The notes under the pieces were generated by a model. It was not told where the DNA came from. It worked only from the letters and a program-made list of their open reading frames with translations, and made no database searches. A stretch of 64,000 nt of DNA, taken from positions 32,001-96,000 of the IMG/VR virus record IMGVR_UViG_3300036766_000416. One strand, 5' to 3'. Below, in pieces: positions 8,153 through 16,453 of this stretch. Each line of letters begins with the position of its first letter. The stretch's first letter is position 1. Source of the stretch: a virus. The position numbers and the translations under genes were made by a program.

Positions 8153-8213
8153 AGCTGGACCTCCCGAAAGGTTTAGAGTGTCTGGGGTGGCGAAACCCGC
8201 GAGGCACATCTTC

Positions 8214-8232
8214 TATTTATGTCACATAAATA
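8214..8232. promoter_or_regulatory. Back-to-back divergent late promoters (CATAAATA on each strand)
   Basis: TATTTATGT-C-ACATAAATA inverted repeat between divergent gp4 and gp48. Confidence 0.85.
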
Positions 8233-8259
8233 CACTGATGCAGTCCATTGGAGGTATTT

Positions 8260-9339
8260 ATGGCGGACGAGAGTCTCGTTGGTGATATACAAAACTATGT
8301 GGTAGATAAGTTCAAACAGTTGGTGAATAGCGAGACAGCACGAAACGCTGCATTCGTTACCAGGGATGCGATCAATAGCATTACGGCTGAGGAGACGCAG
8401 GAGCAACGTGGTAAGAATGTAAAAGAACAAAAACTTTACCAATACAAGTATCACCAGTATCCCCTCGATTTAGCAAAAGGCGGCCGCCATCCATACTATA
8501 TGACATTTTTTATTGCGACTCAAGACTTGTCCCAATTCAAGCGCCCAAAGTCAAAAGGTCCGGCTCCTCTGTCTACCGTTGATATCAACGCCAGGGCTAC
8601 TAAGACTTTAGCTAAAAATTATAAGGACAGCAATATAGGTTTCGGTAGAAAAACCCATCGCACAACCAATGCGATCCGGTTATACATGCCCGATAGCTTG
8701 AGTTGGAATTTCCGCAACCAATTTGGTGACGTGAGTTTATCGGGGATTCCTGGTACGGCCCTAGCTCAGGCTATCGCCTCGGGTCCTGCTTTAGCCAATT
8801 CTCTTATCGAAGGCTACCAAAAGAGCGGTATTACTGGACTCCTGGCCAGTCTCAATTCCAAGGAAGCGCGCGCCGCGGCCGCTCCACTCGCCGAGGTTAT
8901 TGGAGATAAAATTCCAGGAGTTGGTTCTGGATTACTAACCTCGGCCCTAGGTGTGGCGGTAAATCCACAGATCGATGTCATTTATCAATCTCCATCTCTA
9001 CGAGAATTTATATTTGACTACCTTTTTGCCCCTCGTAATGCTCAAGAATCGGCTATGGTGTCCGATATTATCAAATTATTCAAATTTCATGCATCCCCCG
9101 AAATTCTTAGCACGGGGTTTGGTCGATATTTCATTCCACCATCGGAATTTGATATTGAATTTTCAGTAAATACCATGGGAAAGATTTCAACATGTGTGCT
9201 TGAGGAGGTGACCGTTGATTATGCACCATCAGGAGCCTCGTTTTACAGAAGCGATGATCAACCCGTCAATACGCATATGACCTTGAGATTCAAGGAACTC
9301 GAATTTATGACAAAGGAACTCATAGAAAGAGGATACTGA
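8260..9339 (+). CDS. 48: Baseplate tail-tube cap gp48
   Basis: GGAGG at 8250-8254 supports ATG 8260. YQYPLDL; IRLYMPD; AVNPQIDVIYQSPSLREFIFDYLFAPRNAQES; LRFKELEFMTK. Confidence 0.9.
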   Translation: MADESLVGDIQNYVVDKFKQLVNSETARNAAFVTRDAINSITAEETQEQRGKNVKEQKLYQYKYHQYPLDLAKGGRHPYYMTFFIATQDLSQFKRPKSKGPAPLSTVDINARATKTLAKNYKDSNIGFGRKTHRTTNAIRLYMPDSLSWNFRNQFGDVSLSGIPGTALAQAIASGPALANSLIEGYQKSGITGLLASLNSKEARAAAAPLAEVIGDKIPGVGSGLLTSALGVAVNPQIDVIYQSPSLREFIFDYLFAPRNAQESAMVSDIIKLFKFHASPEILSTGFGRYFIPPSEFDIEFSVNTMGKISTCVLEEVTVDYAPSGASFYRSDDQPVNTHMTLRFKELEFMTKELIERGY

Positions 9340-9341
9340 AA

Positions 9342-9983
9342 GTGGCTGGACAATATTCCGAATTTCTTTCTTACATCAGTAGGTATGGGGTCGCTAAAAC
9401 CTCACACTTTCGATTATCCATACCCGCGGTGTTTAAGTTAGACAAAAAAAATAAATTCTCTGATATGGATAAACTACTGGGGCTAAGATGCGAAGCCACA
9501 GAATTACCTGGGCGGCAGATCATCTCCAATGATTCAAAGGTCTACGGTCCCACATATAAAACACCTTATCAGTCGCTCTATCAGGAAATTACATTGAATT
9601 TTATCGAAACTAGCTCATTCCTCATTCGTGATTTTTTTGAACAGTGGTTGAGCAACATCTTCAATCCAACCACAAACATGCTCGCTTATCCAGATGATTA
9701 TAGGTTTGAAGTGTCACTCAAACAATATGAAACATTTTTGGATGATGTAAATAATCCTAGTGCCAGCCTTGTAGCTACAGCAAAATGGAGACTCTATAAT
9801 TCGTTCCCCACTGCTGTCAACCAAATGCCAGTCGCATGGGCCGAAGATGGACTCCATCGAGTCACTGTCACCCTGGCCTATGAGTGGTACACACTCTCAA
9901 CAGGTGGTGATTCTCTGAGTGATGAAAGCCGAGAACGTCTCAAGTCTCCACAACAACCTCCAAAAGGAAGTGCTCGTCCATAA
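9342..9983 (+). CDS. 54: Baseplate tail-tube initiator gp54 / gp19-fold protein
   Basis: LRCEATELPGR; YGPTYKTPY; FFEQW; LYNSFPTAV; VTVTLAYE. Follows gp48. Confidence 0.75.
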   Translation: MAGQYSEFLSYISRYGVAKTSHFRLSIPAVFKLDKKNKFSDMDKLLGLRCEATELPGRQIISNDSKVYGPTYKTPYQSLYQEITLNFIETSSFLIRDFFEQWLSNIFNPTTNMLAYPDDYRFEVSLKQYETFLDDVNNPSASLVATAKWRLYNSFPTAVNQMPVAWAEDGLHRVTVTLAYEWYTLSTGGDSLSDESRERLKSPQQPPKGSARP

Positions 9984-10006
9984 TCATTCTAGAAAGGTGA
10001 ATTGTC

Positions 10007-10756
10007 ATGGCGTTACCCAAATTAACAGTGCCTCTGTATAATATCATGTGTCCGTCAGGATTGAAAGTCTCATTTAGACCATTCCTTGTCAAAGAAGAGA
10101 AACTTTTGATGATTGCCATGCAGTCAAGTGAAACAGAGACTATCATCAACACTGCTAAACAGATTCTTGAAAATTGTATTGGTAGTGTTTCGGGCATCGA
10201 TATTGATAAATTGCCCCTCTTCGATGTTGAGTTTTTGTTCCTGAATCTCCGGGCCCGTAGCATCGGTGAGCAAGTGACCTTGAGGTATAAGTGTAATCAA
10301 TCTGTGATTGATGCGAACACTGGTAATACAGAAATTTGTAATACCGTATCAGAATATCCCGTTGACTTACTGAGCATCCACCCGACGTTTGGTGTAGATC
10401 ACAACAAGTATATCCAATTGACAGAGAAGGTGGGCATCACCTTGAGATACCCTACATTCAAGGCATTTCGCAATATTGCTCGTCGAGACCTCCCAACCGA
10501 TGAGGCGTTTGCGTTTCTTGTGGAGTGTATTGAATCGATCAATGATAGCAATAGTGTAATTTTCACCAAGGACGTACCGGAATCCGAGGTGATCGAATTT
10601 ATCAATGATTTAAGTCATGCACAAGTCGAGAAGATGGATCATTTTTTCGACACGATGCCAAAGATTGAATTGACACTGCATTTCAAGTGCCCGAAGTGTC
10701 AGCACACAGAGGAAATTGTGGTGTCGGGGCTAGACAGTTTTTTCGTCTCATACTGA
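10007..10756 (+). CDS. 26: Baseplate hub assembly protein gp26
   Basis: MALPKL; FRPFLVKEEKLL; LPLFDVEFLFLNLRARSIGE; FFDTMPK; CPKC; GLDSFF. Confidence 0.92.
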   Translation: MALPKLTVPLYNIMCPSGLKVSFRPFLVKEEKLLMIAMQSSETETIINTAKQILENCIGSVSGIDIDKLPLFDVEFLFLNLRARSIGEQVTLRYKCNQSVIDANTGNTEICNTVSEYPVDLLSIHPTFGVDHNKYIQLTEKVGITLRYPTFKAFRNIARRDLPTDEAFAFLVECIESINDSNSVIFTKDVPESEVIEFINDLSHAQVEKMDHFFDTMPKIELTLHFKCPKCQHTEEIVVSGLDSFFVSY

Positions 10757-10806
10757 ACCATGATAATCTAGCGAACTACTACACCACAACGTTCGCTTTG
10801 GTTCAG
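10738..10806 (+). promoter_or_regulatory. Putative -1 programmed ribosomal frameshift signal (26 to 51)
   Basis: T TTT TTC (10738-10744) in the gp26 frame, 8-nt spacer, then hairpin CTGAACCA (10753-10760)/TGGTTCAG (10799-10806) enclosing AGCGAAC (10770-10776)/GTTCGCT (10791-10797). Confidence 0.7.
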
Positions 10807-10941
10807 GATCATAAATTTTCAATATCGGAACTTGAGAACCTCATGCCGTGGGAACGATTGGTGTATTTGACATTGGTGCAGCAACGTGTTGAAAAAGAGA
10901 ACGAACGAATCAGAGCCCTTAACGTACAAAGGAAACGATAA
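10744..10941 (+). CDS. 51: Baseplate hub assembly catalyst gp51, in the -1 frame relative to gp26, with no ATG before its conserved part
   Basis: NHDNLANYYTTTFALVQDHKFSISELENLMPWERLVYL..EKENER. Confidence 0.85.
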   Translation, partial: RLILNHDNLANYYTTTFALVQDHKFSISELENLMPWERLVYLTLVQQRVEKENERIRALNVQRKR

Positions 10942-10944
10942 ATA
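10937..10944 (+). promoter_or_regulatory. Variant late promoter GATAAATA, 5 nt before the gp2 ATG
   Basis: One mismatch to consensus. No SD sequence before ATG 10950. Confidence 0.6.
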
Positions 10945-10949
10945 CTCTT

Positions 10950-11546
10950 ATGAGCACAATTATCCAACGTATCAATGAACAAGCTGTCACCAAAAAGGTG
11001 GATACCTCGACAGCCTTCGGTCGGTCTTGGCTTCTCCAAAAAATGGCGAAGCTGACACCATCGGCCAAAGACCGTATGGAGATTCTCCGTGACCGTGAAG
11101 CTCAACGCACTCGAACCATGGTGGGGAGATTCTATTTTTTCTTTTACTCACCCAAAGGGCACGAAACCCTCCCCTACTGGGACCGGTTTCCAATGGTGAT
11201 TCCTTTGATGAGGTACCATGACGGGTTCCTTGGCCTCAACCTTCATTACATTCCGCCAAAGGACCGATTGATACTCTTGACACAACTCAGGCGGTTCGCC
11301 ACGGGTCCGCTGACGGACGAACGCACTAGATTGCGATTATCGTATCCTATTTTGAAAGCCGCGCACCAAGCGTACCGCGCGACCCCCTGTATCAAGAGGT
11401 ACCTCGCGGGGCATGTACGTTCGAGGTTTATTGAGATACCCACAACCGAATGGGATATTGCAGCGTCCTTGCCAGTTCAAAGTTTTACCAGCAAAACTCG
11501 TATTCGCAAAGAAGAAGTATGGCAAGAGTCAAAGGAGCAATACTAA
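10950..11546 (+). CDS. 2: DNA end protector gp2
   Basis: GRFYFFFYSPKGHETLPYWDRFPMV; GFLGLNLHYIP; PCIKRYLAGHVRS; EWDIAASLP. Confidence 0.93.
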   Translation: MSTIIQRINEQAVTKKVDTSTAFGRSWLLQKMAKLTPSAKDRMEILRDREAQRTRTMVGRFYFFFYSPKGHETLPYWDRFPMVIPLMRYHDGFLGLNLHYIPPKDRLILLTQLRRFATGPLTDERTRLRLSYPILKAAHQAYRATPCIKRYLAGHVRSRFIEIPTTEWDIAASLPVQSFTSKTRIRKEEVWQESKEQY

Positions 11547-12167
11547 GTGTCATCTGAATATTTTTCTGCATTTCCATACATAGGTTATTCCCTCAATGAG
11601 ACATCTCAACCAGGCGAGTTGATGTGGGTTACAGATATTTTTCGGCGTACCGCCCCCATTACGAATCTATTGAAGAATAGGCAATTATTTTATCGTTACC
11701 AGATTGTTGATGGCGAGACTCCAGAAATGATTGCCGGGCGAGTCTATGGTTCAACAAAGTATCACTGGGTTATCAATATTTTGAATAATATTACTGATCC
11801 GTTGCTTGATTGGCCCAAGGATTATTCTAACCTTGTGGCCTATATCAATGAGACATATGGTTCCATAGCAAGTGCTGCGGGTTCCATTCACCACTATACA
11901 ATGACATTGAGCAAGGTCGATTCTCTAGGTAACTCCAGTGAAGAAACTTTTATCATTGACCAGACGAAGTATGATACGCTCACCGGCCTCGTTCCTGTGG
12001 TGGTGACATTCAGTGATGGGGCGACAGTGACCACGACGACGACGCGTTCTACTGTAGATAATTACACTTACGAAATTGATAGAAATGAAGCGAAACGCAT
12101 TATTTTATTACTGAAAGAAGATTACCTTTCGCAAATCTCCTCAGAACTCGAAGGCCTATTGACATAA
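11547..12167 (+). CDS. 53: Baseplate wedge protein gp53 (LysM-like)
   Basis: YFSAFPYIGY; YQIVDGETPEMIAGRVYGSTKYHWVI; DWP; YEIDRNEAKRII. GTG start. Confidence 0.9.
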   Translation: MSSEYFSAFPYIGYSLNETSQPGELMWVTDIFRRTAPITNLLKNRQLFYRYQIVDGETPEMIAGRVYGSTKYHWVINILNNITDPLLDWPKDYSNLVAYINETYGSIASAAGSIHHYTMTLSKVDSLGNSSEETFIIDQTKYDTLTGLVPVVVTFSDGATVTTTTTRSTVDNYTYEIDRNEAKRIILLLKEDYLSQISSELEGLLT

Positions 12168-12168
12168 C

Positions 12169-13482
12169 ATGCCTACACAAGATGGAATACAATACGCCAG
12201 CGAGTTTCAGCTTGACGCCCTCACCATTGTCAGTGCGAGTGGTGGTGTGGTGGACCTTCGTGAGGTCATGCGGGAATTGAACCTCTTTGAGGATTTGTTC
12301 AGTAATACCATGACGGGGAGCTTGTTCATTGCAGACACCCAAAATTTGATCAACATCCTTCCGATTGTGGGAGTTGAGCACTTGATTGTGACATTGATCA
12401 AACCTTCATCGCCATGGAAAATCAGTAAGACATTTCGTATTTATAAAATTACAGATCGTCGCAAAAGCGGCGCCGCCTCCGAAGATTATATCCTTCATTT
12501 TTGCTCCGAGGAATTGATTCTGAGTGAATCATTGAAAATATCAAAATCCTACAAGGGAATGACTGTCTCATCGATCATTAGTGACATCACCACAAATTAT
12601 CTCAAGATTGATTCACTCAAATTTCCCTTATCAGCACTCACTGCGACTGTCGGAAACTTTGATGTGGTGATACCTTATTGGACGCCATTTCAAGCCATCA
12701 ATTGGTTGTCGCGTATGGCACATACAGGTACGACCACTGGCTGTTCGTTCGTCTTTTTTGAAGATGGACTGGGGTATCACTTCAATGCGATTGAAACTAT
12801 GTCGCAACAAGAACCACTCCAGATTGTAAATTTTATGCCCATGAATCTCGCTGGAGAGACCAGTGAGAAGGGTGATAAATCCGACACACAAACACGATTG
12901 GAATCTGCAGAGGAGTATGAACTGAATCAGGCGCCAGATTTGCTCAAATCAATTTCTGGTGGTATGTATGCGAGTAAACTCAGACGAGTGAACACACTTG
13001 ACCAGCAAATCAAGACGACAACACAAAATGGAATAGAATTTTTTGGAAGAACCAAGCACCCCAACAAAAACACCTTCATGCAGACTGGGCAAGATAGAAC
13101 CCGCGTGATACAACCCGAGCATTTTGATGCGTTTCATCGTTCAGTTGTTGATAATTTGAGAGTTGAGACATGGTTATTGCAGCGTAATGCGTATATGGCA
13201 GCCCTACACGGATTTCAGGTGAAGGTTTCGCTACCCGGGAACATGAACTTGCGCGTGGGCCAAGTGGTGGTGCTGAACTTGCCTTCGGCTTCTATTGGTC
13301 TCAAGGATCAGAAACCTATGGATACTTTATTTTCTGGTAGATATATAATTACAGCGATTCGACATAAAGTAGATCGAACGAAGTATGCCTGTGTCCTCGA
13401 ATTGTCAAAGGATTCGCTCGAAGTAGCTTTGCCTGGACCTCTTGAGGGGAGTTCAGCTATGAAAACGATAAGGCAGGCATAA
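12169..13482 (+). CDS. Baseplate hub protein (gp27-like)
   Basis: LNLFEDLFSNTMTGSL; PFQAINWL; FVFFEDGLGYHF; LPGNMNLRVGQVV; SGRYIITAIRH. Directly precedes gp5. Confidence 0.7.
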   Translation: MPTQDGIQYASEFQLDALTIVSASGGVVDLREVMRELNLFEDLFSNTMTGSLFIADTQNLINILPIVGVEHLIVTLIKPSSPWKISKTFRIYKITDRRKSGAASEDYILHFCSEELILSESLKISKSYKGMTVSSIISDITTNYLKIDSLKFPLSALTATVGNFDVVIPYWTPFQAINWLSRMAHTGTTTGCSFVFFEDGLGYHFNAIETMSQQEPLQIVNFMPMNLAGETSEKGDKSDTQTRLESAEEYELNQAPDLLKSISGGMYASKLRRVNTLDQQIKTTTQNGIEFFGRTKHPNKNTFMQTGQDRTRVIQPEHFDAFHRSVVDNLRVETWLLQRNAYMAALHGFQVKVSLPGNMNLRVGQVVVLNLPSASIGLKDQKPMDTLFSGRYIITAIRHKVDRTKYACVLELSKDSLEVALPGPLEGSSAMKTIRQA

Positions 13483-14399
13483 TGGATACGAACATTGGTT
13501 CGCACTTTGTTTGGTGGGTAGGAGTCGTCGAGAGTCGCCAGGACCCTAAGAAAGTGGGTCGATGTCAGGTGCGTATTCTTGGTTCTCATACTGATTTGAA
13601 GTCTGTCATCCCCACAGAAAATCTTCCGTGGGCACAACCCTTGATTCCCCTCAATGACAATGCCTCACTGCAAATCAAAGAAGGTGATTATGTCGTAGGT
13701 TTCTATCTTGACGGACACGATTCTCAGGTACCCATCATCATGGGAATCCTTCCAGGTATTCCTGTGTCGCTTCCTGCTCCGACAGAAGGATTTGCAGACC
13801 CTAGAACAGGAAGGGAGCTATCCAGCGCACCTAGACAGCCAGGCGCTTCTACTGGAGTTCGGTATCCTTCGCGCCTGAACGAGTCCACATTGTCTCGTTT
13901 GGCGCGCAACGAAAAAATTAGTGATACCCCCATTCAATCGAAGAAAAGTAGCGTGTCCACAGTTTCTATCGCTGGTGGAGGTTCTTGGAGTGAGCCTCCG
14001 ACGCCATACGCTACAGTTTATCCTTACAATCGTGTCATGGAAACTGAATCGGGGCATATCCTGGAGTTTGACGAAACACCTGGGGCCGAGCGTGTCCATA
14101 TTTATCACCGTTCGGGAACGTTTGACGAGTATCATCCCGATGGCTCGAAGGTTACTAGAATCAATAAAGATGCCTATGAGATAGTGCTTTCAGATAAAAA
14201 TATCTATGTAAAGGGGTCCCTCAACATAACTGCGGACAAAGATGTTACGATCAAAGCTGGTCAGGATGTTACAATCGAAGCGGGCGGCAGTTTCAAAGTC
14301 AAAGCCGGAGTTTCGATTGAACAGGTTTCTGGAGCAGACACGAAACACACTGCTGGAGCCGGAATGTCCCTCAAGGGCGTTCCGATGAATTGGAACTAA
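13482..14399 (+). CDS. 5: Baseplate spike gp5 (OB fold plus short beta-helix, no lysozyme domain)
   Basis: WWVGVVESRQDP..GRCQVRILG; LPWAQP; VVGFYLDG..QVPIIMG; YPYNRVMETESGHILEFDETPGAERV. Confidence 0.9.
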   Translation: MDTNIGSHFVWWVGVVESRQDPKKVGRCQVRILGSHTDLKSVIPTENLPWAQPLIPLNDNASLQIKEGDYVVGFYLDGHDSQVPIIMGILPGIPVSLPAPTEGFADPRTGRELSSAPRQPGASTGVRYPSRLNESTLSRLARNEKISDTPIQSKKSSVSTVSIAGGGSWSEPPTPYATVYPYNRVMETESGHILEFDETPGAERVHIYHRSGTFDEYHPDGSKVTRINKDAYEIVLSDKNIYVKGSLNITADKDVTIKAGQDVTIEAGGSFKVKAGVSIEQVSGADTKHTAGAGMSLKGVPMNWN

Positions 14400-14400
14400 T

Positions 14401-14703
14401 ATGGGATTACCTGTTGTCAGAATGGGAATTGACATGTGCAGCGGGCATCCTGCTGGGCCGACGTATTTTCCTCCACGACCTGCAATTCAGGGGTCCACTG
14501 ATGTATTTGTTGATGGTCTTCCTGTTGTGCGTGTAGGGGATGTTTGGGCGATGCACACCGATATCATTAGTGTCCATTCAGGTCATGGTGTCTTGGGTTC
14601 TTTCACGGTCTTCTGTAATGGGCGGCCTGTTATGCGTATTTCGGACCCACTGGACTGTGGTTCGGTGTGCGCGATGGGTTCTTCGACTGTGTTTTGTGGA
14701 TAA
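14401..14703 (+). CDS. 5.4: PAAR spike tip protein (gp5.4)
   Basis: CSGH..PRPAIQGSTDVFVDGLPVVRVGD..H..NGRPVMRISDPLDCGS. Confidence 0.92.
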   Translation: MGLPVVRMGIDMCSGHPAGPTYFPPRPAIQGSTDVFVDGLPVVRVGDVWAMHTDIISVHSGHGVLGSFTVFCNGRPVMRISDPLDCGSVCAMGSSTVFCG

Positions 14704-14712
14704 GGAGGTAGC

Positions 14713-15495
14713 ATGGCGTTTTCATTAGACTTTGCTCACATACCTTCAGGGCTCGCTTTGCCGACCTTCCCGACCACCTCGTCTGGTATTAGCGATGTGT
14801 CAAAGAGTGTCATGGACAAAATCACGACCGATCCTGGAAGCCTCTTTACAAACCCCATGATTGGCTCGGTGAACTTTCTAGGTGATAGCACCACCAGATT
14901 GGAAACGACCCTTCAGAGTATTGCTTCAGGTGACCTGGTCAATGGGGGTATCTCCCAGTCTGAGGCCTCGAATTACCTGTCTCTGGACCCCCTCCAGGAC
15001 GTGCGAACCTCGATGGGAAATTTTATGATGCATACAGACCGACTGTCTGGATTGCTCAGGAGCCAGGGTATTCAGGCACCCGGGCTGCAGCAGGTGCTTT
15101 CTATTGGGGTGCAGATGCAAAATATGATGACCATACTTCAAGCAGGTTCTGGGTGCCTCCCGGTCATAGGTGGCTGCACCGGACTGTTCTCGGAGGAGGA
15201 TTTTCTAGGGTTCACCAATCAACTCAATAACATCCTGACCAGCCTAGAACGGGGGGCCGCAACGATTGCTAACATTACGGACACTGTGGCTACGGTGTCA
15301 AATTTTATTCGAGGCATCATGGACAAGGATAGTCAATTCTTGCAGAATTGCGTGAACCAGTTGCAGGCCGCGGGTGTTGGGTTGGTCTTGGAGGCCCTCG
15401 ATTCTAACCCGTGCGCCCATTTTTTATTTGATACAATTTCCAATAAAAACCCCGGTGGGTTGCTCAACGTCCTTTCGAAGCCCATCATCGGATAA
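14713..15495 (+). CDS. Hypothetical 260-aa helical protein downstream of PAAR
   Basis: AAGGAGG RBS, long open frame, no recognised motif. Confidence 0.8.
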   Translation: MAFSLDFAHIPSGLALPTFPTTSSGISDVSKSVMDKITTDPGSLFTNPMIGSVNFLGDSTTRLETTLQSIASGDLVNGGISQSEASNYLSLDPLQDVRTSMGNFMMHTDRLSGLLRSQGIQAPGLQQVLSIGVQMQNMMTILQAGSGCLPVIGGCTGLFSEEDFLGFTNQLNNILTSLERGAATIANITDTVATVSNFIRGIMDKDSQFLQNCVNQLQAAGVGLVLEALDSNPCAHFLFDTISNKNPGGLLNVLSKPIIG

Positions 15496-15497
15496 CA

Positions 15498-15505
15498 TAT
15501 AAATA
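15498..15505 (+). promoter_or_regulatory. Late promoter TATAAATA, 6 nt before the gp25 ATG
   Basis: Exact consensus, no SD sequence. Confidence 0.85.
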
Positions 15506-15511
15506 AGTAAC

Positions 15512-15901
15512 ATGGCCACACCTATCATTTACCAGGATTTTACGTTAGATTTTTCTATCCACCCGATCAGGAAAGACCTGGTTCTCAAGAGCAATGAGGA
15601 TGTGGTCATAAGGGCGATTATGAACCTCTTGAGGACGAACCATTACGAAGTTCCCTTCCACCCCGAAATCGGGTGTAACATTAGAAAGCTGTTGTTTGAG
15701 AATGTCTCTGAATTCACGGCCCGTGATATTTCTCGATTTATCCAAGAATGTATAGAAAATTTTGAACCGAGGGCCACTATCCAATCGTTGGCGGTGTCAC
15801 CCAATGAAGATTTGAATGCCTATGAAGTGAGGTTGCGGGTGTTCGTAAACACGTTCGCTAACCCATTGACTGTGGATTTTATCCTGGAGAGAGTGAGATA
15901 A
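15512..15901 (+). CDS. 25: Baseplate wedge protein gp25
   Basis: YQDFTLDF..HP..KDL; NLLRTNHYEVPFHPEIG..LLFE; IENFEPRA. Confidence 0.95.
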   Translation: MATPIIYQDFTLDFSIHPIRKDLVLKSNEDVVIRAIMNLLRTNHYEVPFHPEIGCNIRKLLFENVSEFTARDISRFIQECIENFEPRATIQSLAVSPNEDLNAYEVRLRVFVNTFANPLTVDFILERVR

Positions 15902-16452
15902 TGCCCTGGCACCACGTGATACCGAAACATGAATGGAAAAGACGCTTTGGGAATCTTAATGGGTTCAATGCACATGATAATCAGATAAACCTGAGCCACG
16001 AGAATCATACTCAACTTCATGTAAGGTATGGAGAAGAAGGTTCTGGGCCAGATATGATTGCTGGAAAAGCCATGAGTGGGCGGATAGGAAAGGAAGAGGC
16101 TCAGAGGCAAGCAACTATATTGGCCAATACAGGAAAGAAGTATGCTCTCGGTCATAGATTCACTCGCCCAAAGGAGTGGAAACTTCAGAAATCAAAAGAT
16201 ATGGTGGGTAATAGGAATGCCTCGGGGCGCAGAACAGAAGCACAGAATTTAGTTAATTCAATTAGTCACATTGGGAAGAAACAGTCTCCCGAAACTGTTG
16301 CTAAGAGAGTTGCAAAACTGATAGGAAAGCAACCAACTTTAGGAAAAACATGGCAGCAACTTAAAGTTGGTTGCCCCCATTGTCCAAAGATTGGTGGAGC
16401 AGGTATAATGAAACGGTGGCACTTCAATAATTGTAAGAAGAGGATGAAGTAA
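15901..16452 (+). CDS. Free-standing HNH homing endonuclease with NUMOD3-like repeats and a C-terminal CPHC..RWHF.NC motif
   Basis: WHHVIPKHEW..NQINLSHENHTQLH; GKKQSPET; CPHCPKIGGAGIMKRWHFNNCK. TAATG-coupled to gene 25. Confidence 0.85.
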   Translation: MPWHHVIPKHEWKRRFGNLNGFNAHDNQINLSHENHTQLHVRYGEEGSGPDMIAGKAMSGRIGKEEAQRQATILANTGKKYALGHRFTRPKEWKLQKSKDMVGNRNASGRRTEAQNLVNSISHIGKKQSPETVAKRVAKLIGKQPTLGKTWQQLKVGCPHCPKIGGAGIMKRWHFNNCKKRMK

Positions 16453-16453
16453 A

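Noticed and set aside
10687-10743. GTG 10687 as the independent start of gp51
   Set aside because: No SD sequence, 70-nt overlap with the gp26 CPKC region, and the added residues do not resemble gp51. The frameshift explanation fits better.
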